A stretch of DNA of 64,000 bases from the NCBI GenBank assembly GCA_965215605.1, contig OZ244070.1, positions 3,104,001 to 3,168,000 of the forward strand, given 5' to 3'. The notes under the pieces are model-generated. The model was not told where the DNA came from. It saw only the letters and a program-made list of their open reading frames with translations, and made no database searches. The translations under genes and the position numbers were made by a program. This DNA is from an uncultured Candidatus Binatia bacterium. Its GTDB lineage: Bacteria; Desulfobacterota; Binatia; UBA9968; JAJDTQ01. Numbering within the stretch: the first letter of the stretch is position 1; every line of letters starts with the position of its first letter. Shown one piece after another: positions 1 to 9,667 of this stretch.

Positions 1-899
1 GGCATGCGCGGGTCGTCCCATCCCGCCACGTGCTTCTCCTCCACCAACTCCAGCAGCCGGCGCTTGCTCATGACGGTGTAGTCGAGGTTCAGCCGCGCGA
101 ACTCGATCTGCCGGGGCTGGGAGGGAACGTCCACCTGGCCGAGAATCCAGTCGTAGAACTCGCGGTTGTTCTCGAACTCCAGGGTGCAGAGCGAGTGGGT
201 CACCCCTTCCAGCGCGTCCGACAGCGGATGGGCGAAGTCGTACATGGGGTAGATGGGCCAAGCGTCGCCGGTGTGGTGGTGGGTGACGTGACGGATGCGG
301 TAGATCACCGGGTCGCGCATCTTCATGTTGGGCGAGGCCATGTCGATCCTGGCGCGCAGCACGTGGGCGCCGTCGGGGAACTCGCCGTTGCGCATGCGCG
401 TGAAGAGATCGAGGTTTTCATCCACCGAGCGGTTGCGGCAGGGGCTCTCCTGGCCCGGCTCCGTGACCGTGCCCCGGGTCTTGCGGATGTCGAGTTCGCT
501 CAGGCTGCACACGTAGGCGCCGCCGCGCTCGATGAGCTGGACGGCGAAGCGGTAGAGTTTCTCGAAGTAGTCGGAGGCGTTGTAGAGTCCCTCGCCCCAG
601 TCGAACCCCAGCCAGCGGATGTTGTCCTTGATGGCCTCGACGTAGAGCGTATCTTCCTTGGCCGGATCGGTGTCGTCGAAGCGCAGGTTGCAGCGGCCGC
701 CGAACTCGCCGGCGGCGCCGAAGTTGAGGCAGATGGACTTGGCATGCCCGATGTGGAGAAAGCCGTTGGGCTCGGGCGGGAAACGCGTCACCACCCCCGA
801 ATGCCTGCCGTTGGCCAGATCGTCCCGGATGATGGCGCGAATGAAGTCCAGGGGCGGCTCGCGCCGGGCGGTGCTGTCGGTCTTTTCCGTCGTGCTCAT
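1..899 (-). CDS. glnS: Glutamine--tRNA ligase, N-terminal part (runs off the window start)
   Basis: Manual reverse-strand translation from ATG 899 gives [10 protein letters not shown]...DFIRAII...[26 protein letters not shown]...LRFDDTD, the class I HIGH motif in GlnRS context. It is absent from the ORF track because no stop falls in the window. Confidence 0.95.
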   Translation of the reverse strand, partial: MSTTEKTDSTARREPPLDFIRAIIRDDLANGRHSGVVTRFPPEPNGFLHIGHAKSICLNFGAAGEFGGRCNLRFDDTDPAKEDTLYVEAIKDNIRWLGFDWGEGLYNASDYFEKLYRFAVQLIERGGAYVCSLSELDIRKTRGTVTEPGQESPCRNRSVDENLDLFTRMRNGEFPDGAHVLRARIDMASPNMKMRDPVIYRIRHVTHHHTGDAWPIYPMYDFAHPLSDALEGVTHSLCTLEFENNREFYDWILGQVDVPSQPRQIEFARLNLDYTVMSKRRLLELVEEKHVAGWDDPRM

Positions 900-1046
900 G
901 AGTCTGATCGGGGCCTGGAATGCAAACGATCCAGATGGGACACCAGTGTACCTGATCCCACGCCGCTCATGAAGCCGTTGCGTCTCTCCATGTCCTTCGC
1001 TTCGTCTTCGGGGTATAGACTGGCTTATCTGACAAGGAGGTGCGCG

Positions 1047-1442
1047 ATGCCGCTGCTCGACCACGTGGGGGTCAAGGTCACCGACCTCGACCGTTCCATC
1101 CGTTTTTACAGCGATCTCTTCGGTTTCGAGATGGTGGACCGCCGCATGCTCGGAAACAGCAACGTCGAGGCGGCGGCGATGCAGGTAGGCGGGAGCATCA
1201 TCTTTTTGCTGCACACGGCGTCGTTCCAGGCACACGGCCCGGAGGAGCACGGCGGCGTGGACCATTTCTGCCTGACCTTCACCGACCCGGAGTTCCAGGA
1301 GATCCTCGACCGCATCAAGGCAATGGGCGTGAAGCTCGAAGGCGGGGTGGTTCCCCGTACCGGCGCCACCGGACGCAGTGACTCACAGTACATCCTCGAT
1401 CCGGACGGCAACCAGATCGAGGTCAAGACAGGTTTGACCTGA
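1047..1442 (+). CDS. VOC/glyoxalase family protein
   Basis: C-terminal part of track ORF 30..1442. AAGGAGG precedes ATG 1047. Motifs [23 protein letters not shown] and [11 protein letters not shown]. Confidence 0.88.
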   Translation: MPLLDHVGVKVTDLDRSIRFYSDLFGFEMVDRRMLGNSNVEAAAMQVGGSIIFLLHTASFQAHGPEEHGGVDHFCLTFTDPEFQEILDRIKAMGVKLEGGVVPRTGATGRSDSQYILDPDGNQIEVKTGLT

Positions 1443-1505
1443 CCCGCGATCCGAGAAACCTCCGGCGCTGCTGACGGTGAGGGGCTGCGGGCCGTCCGTG
1501 TCCGC

Positions 1506-2363
1506 TTACGCCTGCAGCCGGTCCTTGCCGGCCACGGTCGTGCGGCGCAAGAGCCGGCGCTCGGTGTCCGGGTAGAACGTGCGGGCGTGGATGGAGCAGA
1601 AGTTGTCCCACATCAGCAGGTCTCCCACCTCCCAGATGTGCTCGTACCGGACGCTCGGGTCCTCGGTGATATCGAACAGCTCGCCGAGGATCGCGTCGCT
1701 CTCCGCCCGCTCCATTCCCTCGATGCGCACCGACATCATGCGGTTTACGTAGAGCGCCCTGCGGCCTGTCACCGGGTGGGTGATGAAGATGGGCTGCACG
1801 TAGTAGCGGGCGCCGCTGAGGTCGATGTCGGCGTCCACCGTGTGCCGCTGGTAGTCGTAGACCTGCAGCACCTGGCATCCCTCCAGCTTCGCCTTGAGGT
1901 CCGCCGGGACATTGTCGTAGGCGGCGCACTGGTTCGTTACCATGGTATGGCCGCCCTGGGTCGCCACCTCGATGCCGTACAGGATGGTGACGTGGTCCGG
2001 TATCTCGTGGAACGCGGTGTCCTGGTGGAATCCCATCTCCCTGTCGCCGTTGGCGGAGGCGCCCGCGAGCGGCTTGCCGTCCTCCTTGATGTTGCTTACC
2101 ACCATCACCGGCGTCGTGTAGATGTCGTCGGCGGACTTCCGCAGCCGCGGCCCCACCGTGCGCTTGCCGATGTCGCCGAAGGTGGTGGTGAAGCGGTTCT
2201 GCTGCTCCACCGTCATGTTCTGCCCGCGGAAGAGCAGCGCGACGTGCTGGTAGAACTCGGCGAGAATTTCGTCCCGCACCTTCCCGTCCAGGGGCTCGCT
2301 CACGTCCAGTCCGAGAATTTCCACCCCCAGGGCCGGCGAAAGCGGTCTTGTCGTCAGGCTCAT
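1506..2363 (-). CDS. TauD/TfdA family Fe(II)/2-oxoglutarate dioxygenase
   Basis: PLSPALGVEILGLD N-terminus, FHQD (HxD), THPVTGRRALYVN, WDNFCSIHAR, RLLRR. Confidence 0.92.
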   Translation of the reverse strand: MSLTTRPLSPALGVEILGLDVSEPLDGKVRDEILAEFYQHVALLFRGQNMTVEQQNRFTTTFGDIGKRTVGPRLRKSADDIYTTPVMVVSNIKEDGKPLAGASANGDREMGFHQDTAFHEIPDHVTILYGIEVATQGGHTMVTNQCAAYDNVPADLKAKLEGCQVLQVYDYQRHTVDADIDLSGARYYVQPIFITHPVTGRRALYVNRMMSVRIEGMERAESDAILGELFDITEDPSVRYEHIWEVGDLLMWDNFCSIHARTFYPDTERRLLRRTTVAGKDRLQA

Positions 2364-2394
2364 GGTCTTCTCCTTGTTTCCGAAACTCCCGTCC

Positions 2395-3249
2395 TCAAGC
2401 GTGGACCGGTTCCTTCCCCGCCACGGTGCAGCGTCTCAGGATGCGGCTTTCCTCGGGCGGGAAGTCCGTGCGCGCGTGGGTGGAGCAACGGTTGTCCCAC
2501 ATCAGGAGATCGCCCACGCGCCACTCGTGGTCGTAGACGAGGCGGTCGTCCTCCGCGATGTCGAACAACTGGTCGAGGATGGCATCGCTCTCGGCCTGGT
2601 CCATCCCTTCGATGCGCGCGGTCATGGTGCGGTTCACGTAAAGTGCCTTCTTGCCTGTCACCGGATGGGTGATGAAGATGGGCTGCGCGTGGCTCCGGGC
2701 GCCCGCCATGTCCACGTTGGGGTCGATGCGGTAGCGGTTGTAGTCGTACACCTGGAGGACGGTGCGGCCCTCCAGCCGGTCGCGAAGCTCCCGGGGGATA
2801 TTGTCGTAGGCCCGGTACATGTTCGAAACCCGCGTCAGCCCCCCTTCGCTGGTGACCTCGATGCCGTAGAGCATGGTGACGATGTTGGGGACCGGGTAGA
2901 AGCAGGTGTCGTGGTGGAACCACATCTCGCCGTCGCCGAAGGAGGCCGTGTTGCCCGTGGGTCCGTCGTCGCTGCGGTTGGTGACCATCATGATCGGGCT
3001 GGCGTAGGTATCCTTCGGGGATTTTACGAAACGGGCCCCCACGGTGCGTTTGCCCAACTCGCCGAAGGTCAAGGCGAAGGCCGTCTGCTCCAGCTCCGTC
3101 AGGTCCTGGCCCCGAAACAGCAGGAGGACATGCTCGTGAAACGCGTCCAGGATGGCCTCGCGGGTCTTGCCGTCCAGCGGCTCCCGCAGGTCCAGGCCCT
3201 CTATCTCCGCGCCGATGGCGGGACTGACGGGTTTGATGGTCAGGCTCAT
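2395..3249 (-). CDS. TauD/TfdA family dioxygenase (tandem paralogue)
   Basis: Start re-assigned to MSLTIKP (ATG 3249, AGGAGG upstream). FHHD, THPVTGKKALYVN, WDNRCSTHAR. Confidence 0.92.
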   Translation of the reverse strand: MSLTIKPVSPAIGAEIEGLDLREPLDGKTREAILDAFHEHVLLLFRGQDLTELEQTAFALTFGELGKRTVGARFVKSPKDTYASPIMMVTNRSDDGPTGNTASFGDGEMWFHHDTCFYPVPNIVTMLYGIEVTSEGGLTRVSNMYRAYDNIPRELRDRLEGRTVLQVYDYNRYRIDPNVDMAGARSHAQPIFITHPVTGKKALYVNRTMTARIEGMDQAESDAILDQLFDIAEDDRLVYDHEWRVGDLLMWDNRCSTHARTDFPPEESRILRRCTVAGKEPVHA

Positions 3250-3340
3250 GCGCAATTCCCTCCTGTAACGGCGGGTTTGAACCCCGCGGGCGGTCACACC
3301 GGGCCGTCGGCCCACAGAGACTCTTCTGTGCTTCAGCCGG

Positions 3341-4378
3341 TCATCGCAGCTCTTCGGGGATGATCTTGCCGTCGTCGACGATCATCTCCCCGTCGAGATG
3401 GAATACGGCCCGGCGCAGGATCAGGTCCTCGTGGGCCAGCGTGGTGTTCTTCCCGCCCAGGGCGTAGTTGGCGCCGAAGGCGATCTGTACGTTGCCGTAG
3501 GTCGAGCGGGCGTCCCGGGCTCCTTCTTCGGTGCCGCGTTGAGCCACCTCCACCCAACGGGCGCGGGCGTCCGTGCCCCAGCCGATGTGCGAGATGATGA
3601 AGGCCTCGGAATCCCCCGACTGCTCCAGGTGCTCCTTGAGCAGGATGGCGTCCACGCCGCCCTCGACGCCGGTGATGAGTCCTTCCTTCACTTCGATGCG
3701 CACGGGCTCCTGTACGTAGCGGCCGAGCATCACCAGCAGATCACCGGGATCCAGCATCAGCGTGCCGTTGGCGCTGTCCTCCAGCGGCGCGCAGTAGAGG
3801 AAACCCGAGGGCCAACTGTCCCAGCGTCCGGGCACGTCGCTGATGCCGTACTGGGTGACGCCGCGCCGGCCGTCCTTGCGCATGGAGAGGTCGGTGCCGG
3901 TGCCGGTGGTAACGCGTATTTCCCCGGCCTGCTCCAGTTTCCGGGCGCCGTTCAGGGTCCGTTGCCGCACCGCATCGTCCGGGAAGCAGCGCCTGAGCTG
4001 GTCCTCGGTGCCCCGGACCTGGAGCACCCGGGTGCCGCCGGACAGCACGTCGGCGAGACGCTTGCTGTAGAGGTACAGCACGCCGCCGGTGGTGAGGTCC
4101 ACCACGAGCTGTGCCGTCTTGAGGATCTCCACCACCGGCGTCACGTCGGTGTCGCCCCCCGCGGTGTCGGGCAGCAGCGGGATCTTGATTTCGAACGCGC
4201 TGCCGGCCACTTCCTTGGCGGCGGCCAGGAACGCCGCGGCGTAGTTGGTGTTGGTCCGGGTGTCGGTGAAGATCACCACGGTCTCCTCGGACGTGGTCTT
4301 GCACAGCGTAAGCTCGCGCAACACCATGCCGTAGAGATCGCCCGCGATGGCGCCGGTGATGGGAAATCGTACCGTCAT
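3341..4378 (-). CDS. NicX-like protein (2,5-dihydroxypyridine 5,6-dioxygenase / M29-peptidase-like fold)
   Basis: PGRWDSWPSGF, EDSANGTLMLDPGD, SHIGWG, DARSTYGN and HEDLILR align by eye with remembered NicX motifs. Confidence 0.7.
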   Translation of the reverse strand: MTVRFPITGAIAGDLYGMVLRELTLCKTTSEETVVIFTDTRTNTNYAAAFLAAAKEVAGSAFEIKIPLLPDTAGGDTDVTPVVEILKTAQLVVDLTTGGVLYLYSKRLADVLSGGTRVLQVRGTEDQLRRCFPDDAVRQRTLNGARKLEQAGEIRVTTGTGTDLSMRKDGRRGVTQYGISDVPGRWDSWPSGFLYCAPLEDSANGTLMLDPGDLLVMLGRYVQEPVRIEVKEGLITGVEGGVDAILLKEHLEQSGDSEAFIISHIGWGTDARARWVEVAQRGTEEGARDARSTYGNVQIAFGANYALGGKNTTLAHEDLILRRAVFHLDGEMIVDDGKIIPEELR

Positions 4379-4619
4379 GAAGAATCAGCCATTCGGGTCG
4401 GACCGGTTGCGGGGGTCGGGAATTCTGGCGCCGTCCGCCTCCGCGTGTTTCCCGCGCGAGCGGGAATCCATGACCGCGACTCTATCCCCGCGTCCTGGCG
4501 AGTGTCAAGTTTCCGCGCTTCCCGCCGGCGTTCGCATTCTGCCGCGCTCTACCCTAAAAGGGGTGCAAGGGCCGGGCGCAACCGCGCTCCGCATCAATCG
4601 CCGGGAGGAGGAGAAGTCC

Positions 4620-5417
4620 ATGCAATGGCTTGAGAACGAAGTGGCGGTCGTGACCGGGGCCGGGTCGGGGATCGGCAAGGCCGTGGTGGCGCGTTTCGTC
4701 GAAGAAGGCGCCAAGGTGGTGGCCTTCGACCTTTCCGGAGAACGGCTGGCCGCGCTCAAGGGTGAGGTGGGCGACGGCGTGGCCGTGGTTTCCGGCGACG
4801 TGCGCAGCCTGGAGGACAACCGGCGGGCGGTGGCCGCGGCGGTGTCGGAGTTCGGCCGGCTGACCGTGTTCGTGGGCAACGCCGGCATCCACGACGCCCG
4901 GCGTCCCCTGGCGGAGCTCTCGGACGAAGAGCTGGAGCAGGGCTACGACGAGGTGCTCGGGGTCAACGTCAAGGGCTACTTCCTGGGCGCCAAGGCGGCG
5001 ATACCCGAGTTGATGAAGACCCGGGGCAACATGGTATTTACGTTGTCCACGTCGTCCTACTACGTGAGCGGCGGGACCCTCTACGTTGCCTCCAAGCACG
5101 CCGCCTTGGGCATGGTGCGCCAGTTGGCCAACGAGCTGGCGCCCACGGTCCGGGTCAACGGCGTGGCGCCGTCCGGCACCGCCACCGGCCTGCGGGCGGC
5201 GCCGTCTCTTGCCGCCGGCGCCGGCGGGGACGACGTCTTCGGCGCCCCCCGGCCGCCCGCGGGGCTCGGCAAGAACCTCCTCGAGGTCGCCGTCGTCCCC
5301 GAGGACCACGCCGCCGCCTACGTGATGCTGGCCTCGTCCCAGTCCCGCATCATGACCGGCGAGGTGATCCACACCGACGCCGGCCGCGGGGTCACGTCGG
5401 TCCTCACGCCCGCGTAG
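4620..5417 (+). CDS. SDR, cis-dihydrodiol dehydrogenase (BphB/HcaB)-like
   Basis: GGAGGAG RBS before ATG 4620. TGAGSGIG, GDVRSLED, NAGI, VNVKGY, YVASKHA (YxxxK), ELAPTVRVNGVAP. Confidence 0.85.
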   Translation: MQWLENEVAVVTGAGSGIGKAVVARFVEEGAKVVAFDLSGERLAALKGEVGDGVAVVSGDVRSLEDNRRAVAAAVSEFGRLTVFVGNAGIHDARRPLAELSDEELEQGYDEVLGVNVKGYFLGAKAAIPELMKTRGNMVFTLSTSSYYVSGGTLYVASKHAALGMVRQLANELAPTVRVNGVAPSGTATGLRAAPSLAAGAGGDDVFGAPRPPAGLGKNLLEVAVVPEDHAAAYVMLASSQSRIMTGEVIHTDAGRGVTSVLTPA

Positions 5418-5420
5418 CGT

Positions 5421-5909
5421 TCACGGCTCAAAGAGTGCCGCCAGGAACGGCTCGGGCCAGGGCACGTGGAGGATGTGCTCGAACACGCCGTAGACGAAGG
5501 CCCAGGCCACGGCGGCCAGGAGGCAGGCGAGGAACCAGCTTGCGCCGTAGGTCTTGGCGTAGCTGATGACGAACAGCGGCACGGCGGTGGGGAACCCGAT
5601 GATCCGGATGGCCGCATAGAAGCCCAGGATCCAGCCCCAGATTTCGAAGTTGCCCCAGCGGCTTCCCGACTGCAAGGACGGGGCGTCGAAGTGAATACCC
5701 TCCGCTTGCGGTCCGCCGGGGCGTGAGCGCAGGTCCATGACGATCTGGACCGCGGCCAGACAGACGCCGATGCCGCCCAGGAGGAAGATGATGATGGAAG
5801 CCCGCAACTCGTCCCAGCCGTGGGCCACGCGGAGCGCCCACAGCAGCACCAGCCCGATGACCACCGCAAAGAGCGCGCCCTCGTAGTGTAACCGCCGGTC
5901 CCTGTTCAT
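5421..5909 (-). CDS. tctB: Tripartite tricarboxylate transporter small membrane subunit TctB
   Basis: C-terminal part of track ORF 5421..6662. ATG 5909 overlaps the tctA stop (ATGA). Four to five hydrophobic segments, ending ...VFEHILHVPWP. Confidence 0.8.
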   Translation of the reverse strand: MNRDRRLHYEGALFAVVIGLVLLWALRVAHGWDELRASIIIFLLGGIGVCLAAVQIVMDLRSRPGGPQAEGIHFDAPSLQSGSRWGNFEIWGWILGFYAAIRIIGFPTAVPLFVISYAKTYGASWFLACLLAAVAWAFVYGVFEHILHVPWPEPFLAALFEP

Positions 5910-7408
5910 GTCTGGCTCCCGCCGGGTCCGGCGGCGCGCTGTTGGCGCTCCTGCCGTGCCTTGAGCATGGGGTAGCAGAGTGACGCCGCCACCAGGATCA
6001 GCAGGATGATCACCGCCGGGCGCAGCAGCCATTCGAATCCGTAGCGGGTGTAGGAAAGCCACAGGTAGGTCTCCATCTTGGTGCCCAGCACCACCCCCAG
6101 CAGCAGCGGCGGCCGCGGCCAGCCGTGCCGCCGCATCATGAAGCCCAGCAGCGAGAACACCAGCAGCGCCCGCAGGTCGTTGACGCTGAAGTTGGCGGCG
6201 AAGGCGCCGATGAAGACGAACACCGCCACGAGCGGGACGATGCTGTGGAAGGGCATGAAGCATGCCCGTGCCATGGGCTTGGCGAGGAGCCCGCACAGCG
6301 CCACGGCGATGACGTTGCCGATGACCAGCGTCCAGATCACCGCGAAGGTGAGGTCGAGCTGAGTGGTCAGCATGTCCGGTCCGGGCTTGATGCCGACGGC
6401 GACGAAGGCGGTGAGGATCAATGCGGTGGAGGTGCTGCCCGGGATGCCGAAGGCCAGGGTGGGGATGTAGCCGCCGCCTTCCTTGGCGTTGTTGGACGCC
6501 TCCGGGGCGATCACTCCGCGGATGTCGCCCTTGCCGAAGCTCTCGGTGTTCCTTTCCGTCTGCACCGCGTGGGCATAGGCGAACCAGTCCGCCACCGAGC
6601 TCCCCAGGCCAGGCAGGAACCCCACCCACGCGCCGATGGCGGAGGACCGCACCATCAGCCACCAGTGGCGGAACACGTCCTTGATGCCCTCCAGAAAGCC
6701 GCTCCCCAACTCCTCATGCTCGGCGATGCTGGTCTTGCGGCTCGCCAGGTCGATGATCTCGGGTATGCCGAACAGGCCCAGGGCGACGATGATGAGGCTG
6801 ATGCCGTCCCAGAGATAGTCGTAGTCGAAGTCGAAGCGCGGCATGCCCGACTTGACGTCCATGCCGATGGTGGCGACGAGCACCCCGATGATGCCGGCGA
6901 TGATGCCCTTGACGGGGGCGTTGCCGCTCAGCACCGCCACCATGGTCAGGCCCCACAGCGTCAGCACGAAGAACTCCGGCGAGCCGAAGGTGAGCACCAG
7001 GGGCCGCAGCACCGGCAGGGAGGCCACCAGCACGAATGCCCCCACGAAGCCCCCCAGCAGCGAGGCCGCGAAGGATGCGCTCAACGCCCGGGCGGCCTGA
7101 CCCTGCTTGGCCAAGGGATAGCCGTCGAGGATGGTGGCCTGGGAGCCGGAACTGCCGGGTATGGAGATGAGGATGGAGGGGAAGGCGCTGGCGGTGTTGC
7201 CCACGGCGTCCAGGCCCACCAGCAGCGCGATGACCGGATAGGGATCCTTCATGGTCATCACGAACGGGAGCATGATGGCCAGGGTGGTGGGGCCGCCGAT
7301 CCCCGGCAGGAACCCCACCAGGCTTCCGATCAGCACTCCCAGGGCCATCATGCCCAGGGAGTGCAGAGTCAGAATGCCGAGCAGGCCGTCAACGGCGGCT
7401 TCAAGCAT
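5906..7408 (-). CDS. tctA: Tripartite tricarboxylate transporter large permease TctA
   Basis: GFLPGIGG, ILISIPG, LDGYPLAKQG, FGKGDIRGVIAPEASNNA, PTLAFGIPGS. Confidence 0.93.
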   Translation of the reverse strand: MLEAAVDGLLGILTLHSLGMMALGVLIGSLVGFLPGIGGPTTLAIMLPFVMTMKDPYPVIALLVGLDAVGNTASAFPSILISIPGSSGSQATILDGYPLAKQGQAARALSASFAASLLGGFVGAFVLVASLPVLRPLVLTFGSPEFFVLTLWGLTMVAVLSGNAPVKGIIAGIIGVLVATIGMDVKSGMPRFDFDYDYLWDGISLIIVALGLFGIPEIIDLASRKTSIAEHEELGSGFLEGIKDVFRHWWLMVRSSAIGAWVGFLPGLGSSVADWFAYAHAVQTERNTESFGKGDIRGVIAPEASNNAKEGGGYIPTLAFGIPGSTSTALILTAFVAVGIKPGPDMLTTQLDLTFAVIWTLVIGNVIAVALCGLLAKPMARACFMPFHSIVPLVAVFVFIGAFAANFSVNDLRALLVFSLLGFMMRRHGWPRPPLLLGVVLGTKMETYLWLSYTRYGFEWLLRPAVIILLILVAASLCYPMLKARQERQQRAAGPGGSQT

Positions 7409-7414
7409 CCACTA

Positions 7415-8473
7415 CTACTTTTTCTTCTTGCCCGTGGGCAGGCCGTGCTCCTTGCGGATGTTGAAGAGGAAGTCCTTCACTTCCTGGGAAGCGTTGGTGA
7501 CTTCCAGCACCAGCTTGGCCGTGGCCGGGCCGTCTCGTGTCCTCCAGGCCTCGCCGAAGAACTTGGTGGCCTCCGTCTGGAACGCGGCGTCCTTCACCAT
7601 ATTGGCCCAGGCCCCGTGCAGCGTCTTCATGACGCTTGCCGGCGTCCCCTTGGGGGCGTGCAGAAACTTGTCCACGTCCGAGGGTCCGGCCCACACCTTG
7701 AAGGCCTGCCACGCCACGCCCGAGGGCTTCTTGTCGCCGAGCGTTTCCTCGAAGGTGGGTATGTCGGGGAAGTCCCTGCGGCGCTTGTCCGTCAGAAGCA
7801 CGAGGGGGTCCACCACGCCGTCCCTCTGGAGGTCCCGGATGAGCTTGGCGTTGCCGGTGCCCCACATCTCGATCTCGCCTTGCCGCAAGGCCAGCACCAT
7901 CTCGCCGGTGCCCGCGTAGCCGAAGATCCAGCGGTTGTTCCAGTCGAGGTACTTGGCCCCCCACACGGTCATGGCTACCCAGGTGCGGATGCCGTCCGAA
8001 TCGCCCACCACCACCGGCTTGGCCTTGGGATCGGTGAGGCGCTTGCGCGCGTCCCTGCGCACCATGAGGATGCTGCCGCCCCGCATGATGGAGCCGATGT
8101 ACGAGTACTCCCTGGGATTGAACTTGACCCGCTTGCCGCCGCGCACGTAGGTGCTGAGGGCTGACGAGGAGTCCTGCAGCAGGGTCAATCCGTCCGGCTT
8201 GGCCCGGCGCGTGTAGTAGTTGTTGACCACGGTGCCGCCGCCGCCCGGCATGTTCTGCACGATGGTCTTGGGGTTGCCGGGTATGAACTTCGGCAAGAAG
8301 CGCGAAACGAGCCGCGCGGTGGCGTCGGTGCCGCCGCCGGGACTGGAGGAGACCAGGACCGTGACGGTCTTGCCCGCGTAGTAATCGTCCGCCGCCATTG
8401 CGCCGGCGGCGCACAGCACGACTCCGGCAAGCACGGATGCGAGAACGGTCGCGCGATATCTGAAGCTGCTCAT
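7415..8473 (-). CDS. tctC: TctC/Bug-type substrate-binding protein
   Basis: Signal peptide followed by YYAGKTVTVLV, PGGGTD and VQNMPGGGG, AKPDGLT. First gene of tctCAB. Confidence 0.9.
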   Translation of the reverse strand: MSSFRYRATVLASVLAGVVLCAAGAMAADDYYAGKTVTVLVSSSPGGGTDATARLVSRFLPKFIPGNPKTIVQNMPGGGGTVVNNYYTRRAKPDGLTLLQDSSSALSTYVRGGKRVKFNPREYSYIGSIMRGGSILMVRRDARKRLTDPKAKPVVVGDSDGIRTWVAMTVWGAKYLDWNNRWIFGYAGTGEMVLALRQGEIEMWGTGNAKLIRDLQRDGVVDPLVLLTDKRRRDFPDIPTFEETLGDKKPSGVAWQAFKVWAGPSDVDKFLHAPKGTPASVMKTLHGAWANMVKDAAFQTEATKFFGEAWRTRDGPATAKLVLEVTNASQEVKDFLFNIRKEHGLPTGKKKK

Positions 8474-8545
8474 GGTTGTATTTCTCCTTTGCTGGCTCGC
8501 CCTGAATATTATGGTTGGTCGCGCACTGTCAAATCGGCGGAGCCG

Positions 8546-9598
8546 TCACATGCCCGCGCCGGATTGCTCCATGCCCTCCTGGCGGTGCAGCCCGAAGGCT
8601 TCCAGCACCGGGATATCGTGCATGGAAAAGAGCAGCGCCTCCTCGCCGGTCGAGCGGTTGGCGTGCTCGTGCCAGCTCCACAGCGGCACGATGAAGGTGT
8701 CTCCCTGGCTCCACTCCAGGGTCTCGCCGTTGATCACGGTGGCGCCGCTGCCCCGGAACGCGTGGTAGATGCTGGTGCTGTTGTGGCGGTGAGCGCGGGT
8801 GCGTTCGCCTGGGCGCAGCATCTGCGCCCAGCACGACAGGGTCGGCAGCGTCCTGCCGCCGGTGAGCGGGTTGACGTATTCGAGGGCGACGCCGTCGTAG
8901 GGGTCGGCCGGCGTCTCGGCCAGCGCCCGGAGCGCGCGGTAGGTGTCTTGCCAGCGGTAGTGGAGCGGCATCGGCGCCGGCTGCTCGCCGGAGCGCACCG
9001 GGCGGGTCATGCCGAAATGGGATGCTTCCTGCACGCTCGCATGGGTGGCCTGTTTCTCCTCCGAACAGGGCTCGTACGAGATCACCTGCAACGACTGGAT
9101 CAGCGGCACGTCCAGCCCGTCGAGCCAGACCATGGGCTCGCTCCCCTCGTGGCCGTGGTCGTGCCAAGTCCACTGAGGCGTGAGAATCAGGTCGCCTTCG
9201 GTCATCGGGAGCTTCTCGCCGTTGACCACGGTATAGGCGCCTTGGCCCTGGACGATGAAGCGGATGGCGGCCATGGTGTGGCGGTGGGCCGGGGCCACCT
9301 CGCCGGGCTGGATCAACTGGCAGGCCAGCAGCATGGTGTGGCTGGTCATCTCGATGTGCCGCATCCCGGGGTTGACGAGGCGGATGGTGCGGCGCTCGGT
9401 GCGGCCCTTTTCGATGCCGATGCGGTCACGGGTCCGGAGAAGGCTGTCGTAGACGTCGTTCCATTTCCAAAGATGGGGCACCACTTTCGTCTTGGGGTCC
9501 GGCGTGCGCTCGTGCCGGTCGAGCTTCCACAGCCCCGAGAGCCAGCGGTCGGCCAGCAAGCTGTCCAGATCCGTCAAGTCTTGCGTTTCGGTCTTCAT
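8546..9598 (-). CDS. Bicupin ring-cleaving dioxygenase (gentisate 1,2- / 1-hydroxy-2-naphthoate dioxygenase family)
   Basis: ERRTIRLVNPG, PGEVAPAHRH, LTPQWTWHDH, WLDGLDVPL, second HRH and PLWSWHEH. Confidence 0.9.
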   Translation of the reverse strand: MKTETQDLTDLDSLLADRWLSGLWKLDRHERTPDPKTKVVPHLWKWNDVYDSLLRTRDRIGIEKGRTERRTIRLVNPGMRHIEMTSHTMLLACQLIQPGEVAPAHRHTMAAIRFIVQGQGAYTVVNGEKLPMTEGDLILTPQWTWHDHGHEGSEPMVWLDGLDVPLIQSLQVISYEPCSEEKQATHASVQEASHFGMTRPVRSGEQPAPMPLHYRWQDTYRALRALAETPADPYDGVALEYVNPLTGGRTLPTLSCWAQMLRPGERTRAHRHNSTSIYHAFRGSGATVINGETLEWSQGDTFIVPLWSWHEHANRSTGEEALLFSMHDIPVLEAFGLHRQEGMEQSGAGM

Positions 9599-9667
9599 AG
9601 GCCGGGCGATATCAGCACGCCCCGGCCGAGGCTGTCAAGCGCGACGCCCGGATGCGGCCGGTGAGGA

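Noticed and set aside
30-1046. N-terminal 339 aa of track ORF 30..1442
   Set aside because: Antisense to glnS. The real VOC gene starts at 1047 after a clear RBS.
4503-9640. Recurrent TGTCAA in intergenic regions (about 4503, 8528, 9633) as a shared regulator motif
   Set aside because: Each is the reverse complement of TTGACA upstream of a minus-strand gene, so ordinary sigma70 -35 boxes suffice.
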